The translations under genes and the position numbers were made by a program. Positions 1-11,567 of a DNA stretch of 64,000 nucleotides are shown here, one piece after another (the stretch's first letter is position 1; each line of letters begins with the position of its first letter). The stretch lies in assembly GCF_056746865.1 (NCBI RefSeq), contig NZ_CM163382.1; one strand, given 5' to 3'. Below the pieces are notes generated by a model that searched no databases, was not told where the DNA came from, and saw only the letters and a program-made list of their open reading frames with translations.

Positions 1-802
1 GAGCGATAACCCAGCGCACTATGCGGATGCCATTCGTTATAATGCTCGAACGCCTCTGCAAGGTTCTTTGCTGCCGTTAACCCGTCTGGTTTGGGCATGA
101 TACTGATGTAGTCACGCTTTATCGTTTTCACGAAGCTCTCTGCTATTCCGTTACTCTCCGGACTCCGCACCGCCGTGTTCTTCGGTTCAAGTCCCAACAT
201 CCGGGCGAACTGGCGTGTTTCATTAGCCCGGTAGCATGAACCATTATCCGTCAGCCACTCCACTGGAGACGACGGAAGATCGTTGCCGAAGCGGCGTTCC
301 ACCGCTCCTGGCATGACGTCCTGTACTGTTTCACTGTTGAAGCCGCCGGTAGTGACCGCCCAGTGCAGTGCCTCACGATCACAGCAGTCCAGCGCGAACG
401 TGACACGCAGTCTCTCTCCGTTATCACAGCAGAACTCGAACCCGTCAGAGCACCATCGCTGATTGCTTTCTTTCACGGCCACTCTGCCAGTATGTGCCCG
501 TTTCGATGGCGGTACAGCGGTTTTTCGCTCAAGCAACAGCGCATTCTGGCGCATGATCCGGTAAACACGTTTGGCATTGATCGCAGGCATACCATCAAGT
601 TCGGCCTGTCTGCGAAGCAGCGCCCATACCCGACGATAACCATACGTGGGCAGCTCTCCGATAACATGGTGTATACGGAGAAGCACATCCGTATCATCTG
701 AGTGACGGCTGCGGCGACCATCTTTCCAGTCATCGGTTCGTCTGAGAATTACGTGCAACTGCGCACGCGACACCCGGAGACAACGGCTGACTAAGCTTAC
801 TC
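1..802 (-). CDS. insD: IS2 transposase OrfB (InsD), partial; 3' end lies beyond the window start
   Basis: The minus-strand reading of 1-250 encodes ...[43 protein letters not shown]...[14 protein letters not shown], identical in content to the IS2 fragment at 30716-30991. The frame is open to the window edge. The 802 boundary is approximate. Confidence 0.6.
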
Positions 803-1162
803 CCCATCCCCGGGCAATAAGGGCGCGTGCGCTATCCACTTTTTTGCACGCCCGTATTCAACGGCTTCTTTAAGGAGTTCATTTTCCATCGTTTTTTTGC
901 CGAGCAGGCGCTGGAGTTCTTTAATCTGCTTCATGGCAGCAGCAAGTTCAGAGGCAGGAACGACCTGCTCTCCTGCGGCCACAGCAGTAAGACTTCCCTC
1001 CTGGTATTGCTTGCGCCAGAGAAATAACTGGCTGGCTGCCACACCGTGTTGCCGGGCAACAAGGGAGACCGTCATTCCCGGTTCAAAACTCTGCTGAACA
1101 ATAGCGATCTTTTCCTGTGTAGTACGCCGTCTGCGTTTCTCCGGTCCTAAGACATCAATCAT
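797..1162 (-). CDS. insC: IS2 transposase OrfA (InsC)
   Basis: Track ORF 797-1207; the internal ATG at 1160-1162 gives [41 protein letters not shown]..., the IS2 InsC sequence as I recall it. Confidence 0.85.
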
Positions 1163-1413
1163 CTGCTCTCCAATGACTAGTCTAAAAACTAGTATTAAGA
1201 CTATCACTTATTTAAGTGATATTGGTTGTCTGGAGATTCATGGGGCCAGTCTAGCAGATTATGGTGCGCAGTTATACAACAGCAGTAATGAGGAGTCTAC
1301 TATTTCTCTTGTTATGCCAGATGCAATTGAATGGAACGGAAAGAATACGCCAAGACGGCAATACATGATAAAATATATTGCCGTATTTAAATATTAAAAT
1401 TTATTTTTGTAGA

Positions 1414-1821
1414 TCATCTGAATTTTCGGTGACCTTCAAGTTTTATATCGTTCATTTTATCCAGAGACTCACGTAATGATTCTATATTCCCGTCCTCAAC
1501 TTTCTTTTTTGCAATATTGATTTCATGTTGTAGTTTTTTTAACTCTTCCTTATAACTATCTACAGAAACTTTATCATTAACATCTATCTTTTCAGGAATA
1601 ATATTCATAGAAGAATCTACAGATTTATCCATCATTTCAAGAGCATTTAATAGTGATGATTTATCATTGGAAGATTGTAGAATACTCATACTTTTGGCAA
1701 GAGACTGCATGTTTTTATCCAGGCCGGAAGCCAAAGATACGTTGCTGAGAGATAAAAAAATAGCTAGTACAGCACCTGAGAAAAATACCTTTTGTTTTTT
1801 CATTAATATATTCCTGTTCAA
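1414..1821 (-). CDS. small secreted helical protein, cytochrome b562-like (tentative)
   Basis: 135-aa ORF with an N-terminal signal peptide (MKKQKVFFSGAVLAIFLSLSNVSLA) and a C-terminal ...KLEGHRKFR. Overall pattern resembles CybC (...NAYHQKYR). It sits in an AT-rich segment. The true start may be the internal Met. Confidence 0.35.
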   Translation of the reverse strand: MNRNILMKKQKVFFSGAVLAIFLSLSNVSLASGLDKNMQSLAKSMSILQSSNDKSSLLNALEMMDKSVDSSMNIIPEKIDVNDKVSVDSYKEELKKLQHEINIAKKKVEDGNIESLRESLDKMNDIKLEGHRKFR

Positions 1822-2219
1822 AGTTGATTATAGTTATGTCAATTTAAGTTTATTATTATGATTTTTTATTTTTGTACTATGAATCTCCTGTATGCTTATA
1901 TGTGCAGAAAATCTCATTTTATCAAGAAGAATATCAAATTTTCTCCGATACTTCTACATACTCCATCATTCATGCTCCTTTTATCCGTGCACCGTAAAAC
2001 CCCGTCCTTCAGCGGGGGATATAAGGCGCTGTTTTCCACCTAACCAGGTGTCTGCTGCTATTCAATGTATTGGCGGATGACGGATGCCGCCCGTTGAAGC
2101 AGGACCCCTCGTCCTTAGGGCGTGGAGGATGTCAAAATGAAAACTTGTGGTATGAATCAATCCATTCATCATCCTTTCGGATCATTGCATTCAGTATAAC
2201 GCTGGGTAATGACTCCAAC

Positions 2220-2723
2220 TTATTGATAGTGTTTTATGTTCAGATAATGCCCGATGACTTTGTCATGCAGCTCCACCGATTTTGAGAACGACAGCGACTT
2301 CCGTCCCAGCCGTGCCAGGTGCTGCCTCAGATTCAGGTTATGCCGCTCAATTCGCTGCGTATATCGCTTGCTGATTACGTGCAGCTTTCCCTTCAGGCGG
2401 GATTCATACAGCGGCCAGCCATCCGTCATCCATATCACCACGTCAAAGGGTGACAGCAGGCTCATAAGACGCCCCAGCGTCGCCATAGTGCGTTCACCGA
2501 ATACGTGCGCAACAACCGTCTTCCGGAGACTGTCATACGCGTAAAACAGCCAGCGCTGGCGCGATTTAGCCCCGACATAGCCCCACTGTTCGTCCATTTC
2601 CTCGCAGACGATGACGTCACTGCCCGGCTGTATGCGCGAGGTTACCGACTGCGGCCTGAGTTTTTTAAGTGACGTAAAATCGTGTTGAGGCCAACGCCCA
2701 TAATGCGTGCACTGGCACGACAT
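2220..2723 (-). CDS. insB: IS1 InsB (expressed as InsAB' by frameshifting)
   Basis: 167-aa ORF ...[53 protein letters not shown]...[13 protein letters not shown], the canonical IS1 InsB. Confidence 0.85.
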   Translation of the reverse strand: MSCQCTHYGRWPQHDFTSLKKLRPQSVTSRIQPGSDVIVCEEMDEQWGYVGAKSRQRWLFYAYDSLRKTVVAHVFGERTMATLGRLMSLLSPFDVVIWMTDGWPLYESRLKGKLHVISKRYTQRIERHNLNLRQHLARLGRKSLSFSKSVELHDKVIGHYLNIKHYQ

Positions 2724-2917
2724 CCGACGCCATTCATGGCCATATCAATGATTTTCTGGTGCGTACCGGGTTGAGAGGCGGTGTAAGTGAACTGTAGTTG
2801 CCATGTTTTACGGCAATGAGAGCAGAGATAGCGCTGATGTCCGGCAGTGCTTTTGCCGTTACGCACCACGCCTTCAGGAGCGGAGCAGGAAGGACATCTG
2901 ATGGAAATGGAAGCCAC
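2642..2917 (-). CDS. insA: IS1 InsA
   Basis: 91-aa [46 protein letters not shown]..., the canonical IS1 InsA. Confidence 0.9.
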   Translation of the reverse strand: MASISIRCPSCSAPEGVVRNGKSTAGHQRYLCSHCRKTWQLQFTYTASQPGTHQKIIDMAMNGVGCRASARIMGVGLNTILRHLKNSGRSR

Positions 2918-3180
2918 GCAAGCACCTTAAAATCACCATCATACACTAAATCAGTAAGTTGGCACCATTACCTGACCAAGCTTCCTCTATTGCGGCACCT
3001 GATTGCATCAATATCGAAAGTGATAAGATCCTCTCACTAGCAGGGCATGACAAGTGTAACTGCTGATTTGTTAGCCTGTTTTAAGTTTTTTAAGATCAAT
3101 TATTTCTCATTTTTTGACTTTATTGCTAGCCGTGAAAATGCAAAGCCTATAGGATACAAAAATTACAATTTGTAGGTTTT

Positions 3181-3687
3181 GTGAGTCATATGAAGGCAAC
3201 CAATATAGACCCTCAACTGCTTGAAAAAGCCACGAGTATCTTTGCTGAGTTGGGCTTACCTATTGAGCAGGCTATTAACGTCTTTTTAGCTAAATCCGTT
3301 CAAGCCAAAGGTTTTCCGTTTTCTGTTGCTCTTGAAAATGAAGTAGAGACACGGGAAGTTGCACAAACGCAACACAATATCAGCAATGCAGAGATAACCG
3401 AAGCTATCCAAGACTTGGTTGAACATGCTCTACCACTGAGTGAAATAGAAAACCTCACGCAGCTAACCTATTGTCGCAACATTTTTGGGTTGTCATTCCC
3501 CGTGCTCAAACTGGCTAAATCATCACGGCCAGAAGACATTCGCAGTGCAGCCAAAGATGCCAAAGAGCGAAACCGCTACTCCACCACTAAAGTGGCCCAG
3601 CGAGATGAAAAAACCTATGTTATTTGCACCCAATGGACCGACAGACATCGTTCTGCATTTTGCCGTTGGCAAGCCATCTTTAGCTAG
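3181..3687 (+). CDS. hypothetical protein with a ribbon-helix-helix (DinJ/RelB antitoxin-like) N-terminal region, immediately upstream of hsdM
   Basis: 168-aa ORF; the N-terminus ...NIDPQLLEKATSIFAELGLPIEQAINVFLAKSVQAKGFPF resembles DinJ/RelB-family antitoxins. The C-terminal 100 aa have no family I recognise. No cognate toxin ORF follows. Confidence 0.4.
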   Translation: MSHMKATNIDPQLLEKATSIFAELGLPIEQAINVFLAKSVQAKGFPFSVALENEVETREVAQTQHNISNAEITEAIQDLVEHALPLSEIENLTQLTYCRNIFGLSFPVLKLAKSSRPEDIRSAAKDAKERNRYSTTKVAQRDEKTYVICTQWTDRHRSAFCRWQAIFS

Positions 3688-3753
3688 AACGCAAAATAAT
3701 AACCAAACAATACACTGATTTTTTAACGATTTAACTTCATTTAGGTAGTATCA

Positions 3754-5733
3754 ATGAACTTACAAGACAAAGAACAAAGCGCCAAACTCTCCAGTGCTAT
3801 TTGGCGTATGGCAGATGATTTATGGGGTGATTTCAAACACACCGATTTTGCGCGGATTATCCTGCCATTTTTGCTACTGCGTCGTATTGAATGCGTGTTA
3901 GAACCCACCCGTGAGGAAGTTCGTAAGTTCTATCTGGCCGAAAAACAATCCGGCATAGACCTTGGTTTAGTGTTGCCAGAAATTGCGGGATTCGCCTTTT
4001 ACAACACCAGTGAATATAGCCTAGAAACCTTAGGCGCGTCAGACACCGGCGACAACCTAGAACACTACATCAGCCAGTTCAGCAAAAACGTTCGTACCAT
4101 CTTTGATGAGTTTAAATTTGGTCAAACCATAGAAGATCTGGAAAAAGCCAAGTTGCTGTATCGCATGGTAAACCATTTTGCCAACCTCGACTTGCATCCT
4201 GATGTAGTGTCTGACCGCGTATTATCAGATGCTTATGAAGAGCTGATTCTAAAGTTCGCCAGTTCGGTTAATGAAAAGGCCGGGGAATTTATGACCCCGC
4301 GTGATGCCGTGCGTCTTGCCACCAAACTGGTGCTGGCGGCGGATGAAGATATCTTTAGTGAAAAGGGTGTGATCCGCACCATCTATGACCCAACCTGTGG
4401 CACGGGCGGTTTCCTTTCCGATGCCATTAGCCAAATTGAAGAAATGGGCAGCAGCGCTAAAGTCGTGCCTTTTGGTCAAGAGCTCGACCCCGCGACCCAT
4501 GCCATGGCGCTGACCAATATGATGATCCGCGGTTTTGATGCCAATAACATCAAGCAAGGCAACACCTTATCAGACGATCAGTTACGTGCCGACAAGTTTC
4601 ACTACGGCCTTGCCAACCCGCCATTTGGCATTAAGTGGGAAAAAGCCAAGAAAGAAGTAGAACGTGAGCACAAACAGCTCAAATACGCCGGACGCTTTGG
4701 GCCAGGCCTGCCGAGTATTTCTGATGGTTCAATGCTGTTTTTACTGCACTTGGTATCAAAAATGGAAACGCCGGAAAATGGTGGTGGCCGAGTGGGTATA
4801 GTCCTTTCTGGCTCGCCACTGTTTAATGGCGATGCAGGCTCAGGCCCATCAGAAATCCGCCGTTGGCTGCTAGAACAAGACTTAGTCGAAGCGATTGTTG
4901 CCCTGCCAACCGATATGTTCTTCAACACCGGCATTGGCACCTACATCTGGATTTTGACTAACCATAAAGAGCCAAGACGCAAGAATCAGGTGCAACTGAT
5001 TAACTTGGCAGATATTTGGACTCCCATGCGTAAATCGCAAGGCGATAAGCGCAAGTACCTGAGTGATGAACAGATTGACGATATTGTCCGTGCGTACGAT
5101 GGCTTTGAAGCCAGTGACAACTGTAAGATCTTCCAGACTACTGATTTTGCCTACCGTAAAGTCACCATTCAGCGTCCACTGCGTGCCAAACTAGATATTA
5201 CCGCTGCGGGCATTGCTGCATTTGTGCAGCAAGATACGTTTAAAAAACTCAAACCAGAGCAACAAGCGGCATGGGTACAATACCTCACCGATAACCTTGG
5301 CCTTCAGCCTTATGAATGGGCACGTTTGGCGGTTAAGAAGAATAACAATAAGGGTGACTTTGGTAAGTGCTCAAAAGCACTGGCTACGGCCTTAACTGCG
5401 CACTTTGTAAAAATTGATCCGCAATTTGAGCCTGCACTGGATGAAAAAGGCCAAGTGATCGCCGACCCTAAACTCAAAGACACCGAAAGCATTCCTTTTG
5501 ACCGCGACGTTGAAGATTACTTCGCACAAGAGGTGCTGCCACATGTACCGGATGCCTTTATTGATCACTCAGTGCGTGATGAAAAAGACGGCGAAGTGGG
5601 CATTGTCGGTTATGAAATTAACTTTAACCGCTATTTCTACCAATACGTGCCACCACGCGAGTTGAGTGTGATTGATCGTGAGCTAAAAGCATGTGAAGCG
5701 CGCATTCAGGCTCTGCTGAATGAGGTGGCGTAA
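3754..5733 (+). CDS. hsdM: Type I restriction-modification N6-adenine DNA methyltransferase subunit (HsdM), 659 aa
   Basis: AdoMet-binding motif YDPTCGTGGFL and catalytic motif LANPPFG are present. The stop overlaps the hsdS start at 5733. Confidence 0.9.
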   Translation: MNLQDKEQSAKLSSAIWRMADDLWGDFKHTDFARIILPFLLLRRIECVLEPTREEVRKFYLAEKQSGIDLGLVLPEIAGFAFYNTSEYSLETLGASDTGDNLEHYISQFSKNVRTIFDEFKFGQTIEDLEKAKLLYRMVNHFANLDLHPDVVSDRVLSDAYEELILKFASSVNEKAGEFMTPRDAVRLATKLVLAADEDIFSEKGVIRTIYDPTCGTGGFLSDAISQIEEMGSSAKVVPFGQELDPATHAMALTNMMIRGFDANNIKQGNTLSDDQLRADKFHYGLANPPFGIKWEKAKKEVEREHKQLKYAGRFGPGLPSISDGSMLFLLHLVSKMETPENGGGRVGIVLSGSPLFNGDAGSGPSEIRRWLLEQDLVEAIVALPTDMFFNTGIGTYIWILTNHKEPRRKNQVQLINLADIWTPMRKSQGDKRKYLSDEQIDDIVRAYDGFEASDNCKIFQTTDFAYRKVTIQRPLRAKLDITAAGIAAFVQQDTFKKLKPEQQAAWVQYLTDNLGLQPYEWARLAVKKNNNKGDFGKCSKALATALTAHFVKIDPQFEPALDEKGQVIADPKLKDTESIPFDRDVEDYFAQEVLPHVPDAFIDHSVRDEKDGEVGIVGYEINFNRYFYQYVPPRELSVIDRELKACEARIQALLNEVA

Positions 5734-7019
5734 TGAATGCTGGCAACATAGTAGATGCTTTCGTATCTGACTCGAAATGGAACTCAGTACCAGCTAAACG
5801 TTTATTTACGAGTAGCAAAGAAATCAATCAAGGAATGAAAGAATCTAATCGTCTTGCACTAACAATGAAAGGTGTCATAAACCGCTCGTTAGACGATTTA
5901 CAAGGACTTCAATCTTCTGATTACTCTGTTTATCAGATTTTTGAAAAAGATGACTTAGTTTTTAAGCTCATAGATCTTGAAAATATAAAGACTAGCCGAG
6001 TGGGGATTGTGCATGAACGAGGAATAATGAGCCCTGCATACATCCGTGTTTCAGCGAGTTCAAATAGCATCTACCCAAGGTTCTATTACTGGTACTTTTT
6101 TGCTCTATACCTAACCAATATTTATAACAAACTGGGTGGAGGAGTTCGTCAGAACCTAACAGCTGGTGATCTTTTAGAAATACCTGTTCCACTGATTGAT
6201 ATTTCATTACAGAAGCAGGTTAGCACATTCCTTGATCGCGAAACCCAGCGCATCGACAGTCTGATCGAGGAAAAGCAGACCTTTATTAAGCTGCTCAAAG
6301 AAAAACGCCAAGCACTGATCAGCCATGTGGTCACAAAGGGGCTCTATCCCAATGTGGAGATGCAGGACTCTGGCATCGAGTGGATTGGGCAAGTGCCGAA
6401 GCATTGGGAAGTCAAAAAGATAAAGCATATTTGCTCCAACTTTATGTATGGAACCTCTCAAGACTGTAACCAGTCTGATGTTGGCTATCCTGTTCTCAGG
6501 ATACCAAACATCAAGAGTACCAATGTTGATTTTGAAGATCTCAAATATGCAAATATCAGTGATGTTGATGCTTTAACTTATCTTTTATCAAGAGGCGACA
6601 TTTTAGTCATCAGAACTAACGGTAACCCTAATCTGGTCGGCCAAAGCGCGCTTTTTGATTCAAATGGGCAGTATTTATTTGCGTCGTACCTAATAAAGTT
6701 AACACCAAAGCAAGGAGTGGATACTAGCTTCTTAGTGGAAGCGATGAACTCACTATCTGTTCGTCAAGCATTAACATTTCAGTCAAGAACATCGGTAGGT
6801 AACTACAACCTGAGCATTCCTTCACTAGCTAATACAAGTATTGCTATCCCACCAATTGATGAGCAAAAGACAATAACGAATTACTTGAGTGCAGCAACGA
6901 TAAACATTGATTTACTGATTCAAGAGACTGATAAATCGATTGATCTTCTAAAAGAACACCGCACATCGCTGATCAACGCGGCTGTCACAGGAAAAATAGA
7001 CGTCAGGGAGGCGGTGTAA
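5733..7019 (+). CDS. hsdS: Type I restriction-modification specificity subunit (HsdS), 428 aa
   Basis: Two-domain layout with a conserved central coiled-coil (LDRETQRIDSLIEEKQTFIKLLKEKRQALISHVVTKGL) and a matching C-terminal repeat (LLKEHRTSLINAAVTGKIDV). Start and stop overlap hsdM and hsdR. Low GC, typical of hsdS. Confidence 0.85.
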   Translation: MNAGNIVDAFVSDSKWNSVPAKRLFTSSKEINQGMKESNRLALTMKGVINRSLDDLQGLQSSDYSVYQIFEKDDLVFKLIDLENIKTSRVGIVHERGIMSPAYIRVSASSNSIYPRFYYWYFFALYLTNIYNKLGGGVRQNLTAGDLLEIPVPLIDISLQKQVSTFLDRETQRIDSLIEEKQTFIKLLKEKRQALISHVVTKGLYPNVEMQDSGIEWIGQVPKHWEVKKIKHICSNFMYGTSQDCNQSDVGYPVLRIPNIKSTNVDFEDLKYANISDVDALTYLLSRGDILVIRTNGNPNLVGQSALFDSNGQYLFASYLIKLTPKQGVDTSFLVEAMNSLSVRQALTFQSRTSVGNYNLSIPSLANTSIAIPPIDEQKTITNYLSAATINIDLLIQETDKSIDLLKEHRTSLINAAVTGKIDVREAV

Positions 7020-9746
7020 TGGCTGCACATCATGAAGTGCATTTTGAACAATATATTACCGAGCAGTTGGTGAACAATGGCTGGAAAGAAGGCCATTCCT
7101 GCCACTATGACCAGCAACGCGCCCTTTACCCGCAAGATGTCATGGATTGGGTAAAGGCCACCCAGCCAGATGCCTGGCACAAACTGAATAAACTGCATGG
7201 TGTGAATGCCGAGCAGGTGCTGTTGGAGCGTTTGGAAAAAGCCCTCTCTTCCCACAAAGCTGGCAGTAAAACAGGTGGCACCATTAATGTGCTGCGTAAA
7301 GGCTTTACCATTGCAGGTTGCGGCACGATTGCCATGGGCCAACGCAAACCCGAAGATGCGCGCAATGAAGAGCGTATAGCCCGTTATGAGCACAACATTT
7401 TGCGCGTGGTGCGCCAACTGAAATATTGCCCGACTCGCGAGTGGGAAATTGACTTGGTGTTCTTTATCAACGGTCTACCCGTTGCCACCGCCGAGCTAAA
7501 AACCGATTTTACCCAGTCGCTAGAATCGGCGATTGCGCAGTACAAAGAGGATCGTCTGCCCGTTGACCCAAAAACCAAGCGTAAAGAGCCGCTGTTAACC
7601 TTTAAACGCGGTGCAGTGGTACATTTTGCCATGTCTGATACAGAAATCGCCATGGCGACCAAACTGGCGGGAGAAAATACCTATTTTCTGCCCTTCAATA
7701 AAGGCCATGATGGTTCTACCTCTGATTTGCCCGTACACATCAACTTGCCGGGTGAAGATGGAGAGTATCCGGTCAGCTATTTTTGGCAAGAAATTGCCCA
7801 AAAAGATAATTGGCTACGCATTTTCTACAGCTTTGTGTATGTCGAAACCAAAGAGGTTGCCGATAGCAATGGCAAGGTTGAGCGTAAGGAAACACAGATT
7901 TTTCCGCGTTATCATCAGTTAGCCGCAGTCAACAAGATGATTGATGATGCCCGCCAGAACGGCGCAGGCATGCAGTATCTTTGTGAGCACAGCGCCGGTT
8001 CGGGAAAAACCTCTACCATAGCCTGGACGGCCCATGATTTGATTCGTTTACGCAGCACCGATGGTAAAGCGGTCTTTAAATCAGTGATCATTGTGACCGA
8101 CCGCACCGTGCTGGATTCGCAGTTGCAAGATGCGGTGCAACAGCTGGATCATCAATATGGGGTGATTAAGGTGATTGATCGCGAAAAGAGCAGCGAGTCG
8201 AAATCAAAACAGCTGACTGAAGCGCTATTGACTGGCACGCCGATCATTGTAGTGACGATTCAAACCTTCCCATATGCGTTAGAAGCGATTCTGACCAATC
8301 AATCTTTGGCACAAAGTAACTTTGCGGTGATCATCGATGAAGCACACACCTCGCAAACAGGCTCTACAGCCAAAGGGTTACGCGCAGCGCTTACTCTAAA
8401 CCTTAGCCCTCAAGAGTTGGAGCAAATGAGCATTGAGGACATTCTTACTAAGGTGCAAGAAGCGCGCGCCATGCCCAAGAACGTTTCGCACTTTGCTTTT
8501 ACGGCAACACCCAAGCACAGCACCAAGATGTTGTTTGGCCGCCCGAAAGACCCTAACCAACCAGTGTCAGATGACAATCTTCCTGAATCGTTCCACCTCT
8601 ACACCCAACGTCAGGCCATTGATGAGGGTTTTATTCTTGATGTGCTGGAGAATTACACCCACTACGATACAGCCTACAAAATTGGTGAGAACAATCTGGA
8701 TGAGAAGCGCGTAGACAGCAAACAAGCTCGCCGCGCGTTGGCGCGCTGGATGTCACTGCACCCAACCACGGTCAGCCAAAAAGTCGAATTTATTATTAAG
8801 CACTTCAAGGCCAATATCGCTCACCTACTGGAAGGTGAAGCCAAAGCCATGGTGGTCACATCGGGCAGGCCACAGGCGGTGAAATACAAGCTTGCTTTTG
8901 ATAAATACATTAAAAAGCATGGTATTGAAGGTATCCAAGCCTTGGTTGCCTTCTCGGGCAAAGTCCCCGGCAAAGATTTGGGTGATGAAGACAGCCAAGA
9001 CCCGCTAGAAATTGATTTCGATAAAGAGTACACCGAGTACAACTTAAACCCAGACACGCACGGGGCTGACCTGCGCCATGAGTTTGAGAAAACCGAATAT
9101 CGCGTCATGTTAGTCGCCAACAAGTTCCAAACGGGCTTTAATCAACCAAAACTGGTTGCCATGTATTTGGATAAGAAAATATCCGATGTAGAAGCGGTGC
9201 AAACGCTGTCTCGCCTAAACCGCACCTATCCAGGCAAAGACACAACCTTCGTGATTGATTTTGTTAACGATCCACAAACCATTCTCAATGCGTTCAAAAA
9301 GTACGACAAAGGCGCGCAGCTTAATGAAGTGCAAGATGTGAACGTCATCTATGACATCAAAGATATTTTGGATGAACAGAACATATACAACCATCAAGAT
9401 TTAGAGTTGTTTAAGCAAGCGCGTGGTAAATCGATTCTCGGCCAATCACCTGACAAAAAGTCACACGCGCACAAGAAACTGCTAGCTGCCACACAACGCC
9501 CTACCGATGTGTTCAACGTTAAGCTCAAAGAGCTGGTTGATGCTGCAAACCATTGGGATCAGCAATACAACAAAGCGCACCTTGCGGGTGATGAAAAAGC
9601 GGCGAACTACGCAGAATCTCAGCGCAGTGATTTCACCAAGCAGCGCGAAGCACTAATGCGTTTTAAGTCAGATTTAGCTCGATTTGTGAAGCACTATAGC
9701 TATATGAACCGCCCCGGGTTTCCTGGAGAGTGTTTTATCTGTGAAC

Positions 9747-10637
9747 TCAGGCTGCCAGATCATCGTTTCCGATGGAAGCATAATAAGCTTTTTCTGCTTC
9801 TGCCGGAGGAGTATGGCCCAGCCTTCCCAGCAATCGTCGATTGTTATACCAGTCCACCCACGTTAGTGTGGCCAGTTCCACTTCTGCACGGTTTTTCCAG
9901 CTCTTACGGTGTATTACCTCCGCTTTGTAAAGACCATTGATGCTCTCAGCCATCGCGTTGTCATACGAGTCGCCTGTACTCCCTGTTGATGCCAGTAATC
10001 CGGCTTCTTTTAGTCGCTCCGTATAGGCCAGTGACACATACTGAGAGCCTTTATCGCTGTGATGGATGGTGCCAGACGGACGACGGGCCCACAACGCCTG
10101 CTCCAGCGCATCCAGCACGAATGTCGTTTCCATAGACGATGAGACCCGCCACCCCACGATGTATCCGGCAAACACATCAATGATAAACGCCACATAGACG
10201 AAGCCCTGCCATGTGCTGACGTAAGTAAAATCAGCCACCCACAGCTGGTCAGGTCGTTCTGCCACGAACTGACGGTTTACGCGGTCGCCTGCGGCAACGG
10301 CTTTCCGGCTGATGGTCGTACGGACCTTTTTACCCCGGAGAACACCGGCAAGTCCCATAACCGCCATGAGACGTGCCACTGTACATCTGGCCACCCTGAT
10401 TCCTTCCCGTAACAACTGACGCCAGACTTTACGCACACCGTACACCTGATGATTTTCATCGTATACGCGCTGTATCTCTCTCTTCAGCCAGTCGTCGTGC
10501 TGCGCACGGGCACTGCGTTTATCCGGATGATGTCGCTGTTGCTGACAATGGTAATACGTTGACGGGGCAATATGCAGTTCGCTGCATACCGGTCCGACCC
10601 CGTACTGCTCACGCAGCTTATCCAGCAGTGGCATCAT
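9747..10637 (-). CDS. IS629 transposase OrfB (DDE integrase core)
   Basis: 296-aa ORF starting [13 protein letters not shown]...; overlaps orfA at an A6 run (the programmed -1 frameshift window). Confidence 0.85.
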   Translation of the reverse strand: MMPLLDKLREQYGVGPVCSELHIAPSTYYHCQQQRHHPDKRSARAQHDDWLKREIQRVYDENHQVYGVRKVWRQLLREGIRVARCTVARLMAVMGLAGVLRGKKVRTTISRKAVAAGDRVNRQFVAERPDQLWVADFTYVSTWQGFVYVAFIIDVFAGYIVGWRVSSSMETTFVLDALEQALWARRPSGTIHHSDKGSQYVSLAYTERLKEAGLLASTGSTGDSYDNAMAESINGLYKAEVIHRKSWKNRAEVELATLTWVDWYNNRRLLGRLGHTPPAEAEKAYYASIGNDDLAA

Positions 10638-10960
10638 TTTTTCCAGAGGCGGTCGAACTCCGCCTTCGCAAAATAAGCGGAAGCCTGGCGAAGGATATCG
10701 TTACTGCGGCGCAGTTCACGATTTTCACGTTCCAGCTCTTTCAGACGCTGACGTTCAGCGCTGGTGAGCCCACCATCACCGCCCCCGGTATCCCGCTCAT
10801 GCTGGCGAACCCAGACACGCAGAGTCTCCGGCGTACAGCCAATCTTTGGGGCAATGGAACAAATTGCCGCCCACTGTGAGTCATATTCATCCTGACTTTC
10901 CAGAACCATACGAATCGCCCGCTGACGGACTTCGGGGGAAAAACGAGTATTTTTAGTCAT
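10634..10960 (-). CDS. IS629 transposase OrfA
   Basis: 108-aa [63 protein letters not shown]..., matching IS629/IS1203 OrfA as I recall it. Confidence 0.85.
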   Translation of the reverse strand: MTKNTRFSPEVRQRAIRMVLESQDEYDSQWAAICSIAPKIGCTPETLRVWVRQHERDTGGGDGGLTSAERQRLKELERENRELRRSNDILRQASAYFAKAEFDRLWKK

Positions 10961-11567
10961 CCTGTTTACCTCTTTCTCAGGGAGTTTAGTCTCCAGGATT
11001 TCCGGGGCGGTTCAATATGGCGCAATTGATTGAGTTTGGTGATCCTGAACTGGAAAACTTTGCCGCGTTTGCTCATTTGCTATCACGTCGATTGAAAGGG
11101 GTAACACCAGAAAACATCGATCTCAGTGCACTGGTACTAGAAAAATTCAAAATCAAATACGACAAAGAGCCGCTTCCAGAAGCGTTTAATCAGGTACTTG
11201 AACCTATCCGCCCCAACTATAACGACCCTGCGGATCGTGAACAGGCATTTCTTGCCGATATCATTCGCCGCCTAAACGAACTGTTTGGCGATGTCGGCGA
11301 CGAACCCGGTCGCCGAAACTTTGCCAACGGTACTATTACGCGTGTCACCCAAAATCCAATTGTGGTTGAGCAGATAGAAAAGCACGACAAGTCGATTGCC
11401 CTCAAAGGCGACTTGCCGCAAGCGGTGAAGCAAGCCGTTGTGCAGGCTCTGCTGAAAGAAGGTGATATAGCCCGAACGCTACTCAAAGACCCACAAGTTA
11501 TGGCAAGTTATGTTGAGTTGATTTTTGACATGATGAAGCAAGGTGCAGAACAGGCGGCGGTGAAATA

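Larger units (their letters stand above)
1..1253 (-). mobile_element. IS2 (IS3 family), truncated by the window edge; left inverted repeat at 1242-1253
   Basis: The IS2 left terminus (TAGACTGGCCCC... read on the minus strand) ends at 1253 and is followed by the InsC ORF. Bases 1-250 are the reverse complement of the IS2 3' fragment at 30716-31003. Confidence 0.85.
2205..2972 (-). mobile_element. IS1 (768 bp), complete
   Basis: Terminal sequences GGTAATGACTCCAACTTATTGATAG at 2205 and ...AAATCAGTAAGTTGGCACCATTACC at 2972, with intact insA and insB inside. Confidence 0.9.
9705..11014 (-). mobile_element. IS629 (IS3 family) copy 1, 1310 bp, flanked by a 3-bp direct repeat ATA
   Basis: Termini TGAACCGCCCCGGGTTTCCTGG at 9705 and ...CCGGGGCGGTTCA at 11014. 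ATA at 9702-9704 and 11015-11017. Confidence 0.9.

Noticed and set aside
9705..9940. C-terminal 78 aa of the 973-aa hsdR track ORF (same tail on the ORFs at 12985-13599 and 18678-18914)
   Set aside because: This tail ([27 protein letters not shown]...) is read-through into the IS629 end, not a protein domain; its identical recurrence at three sites is explained by the three IS629 copies.
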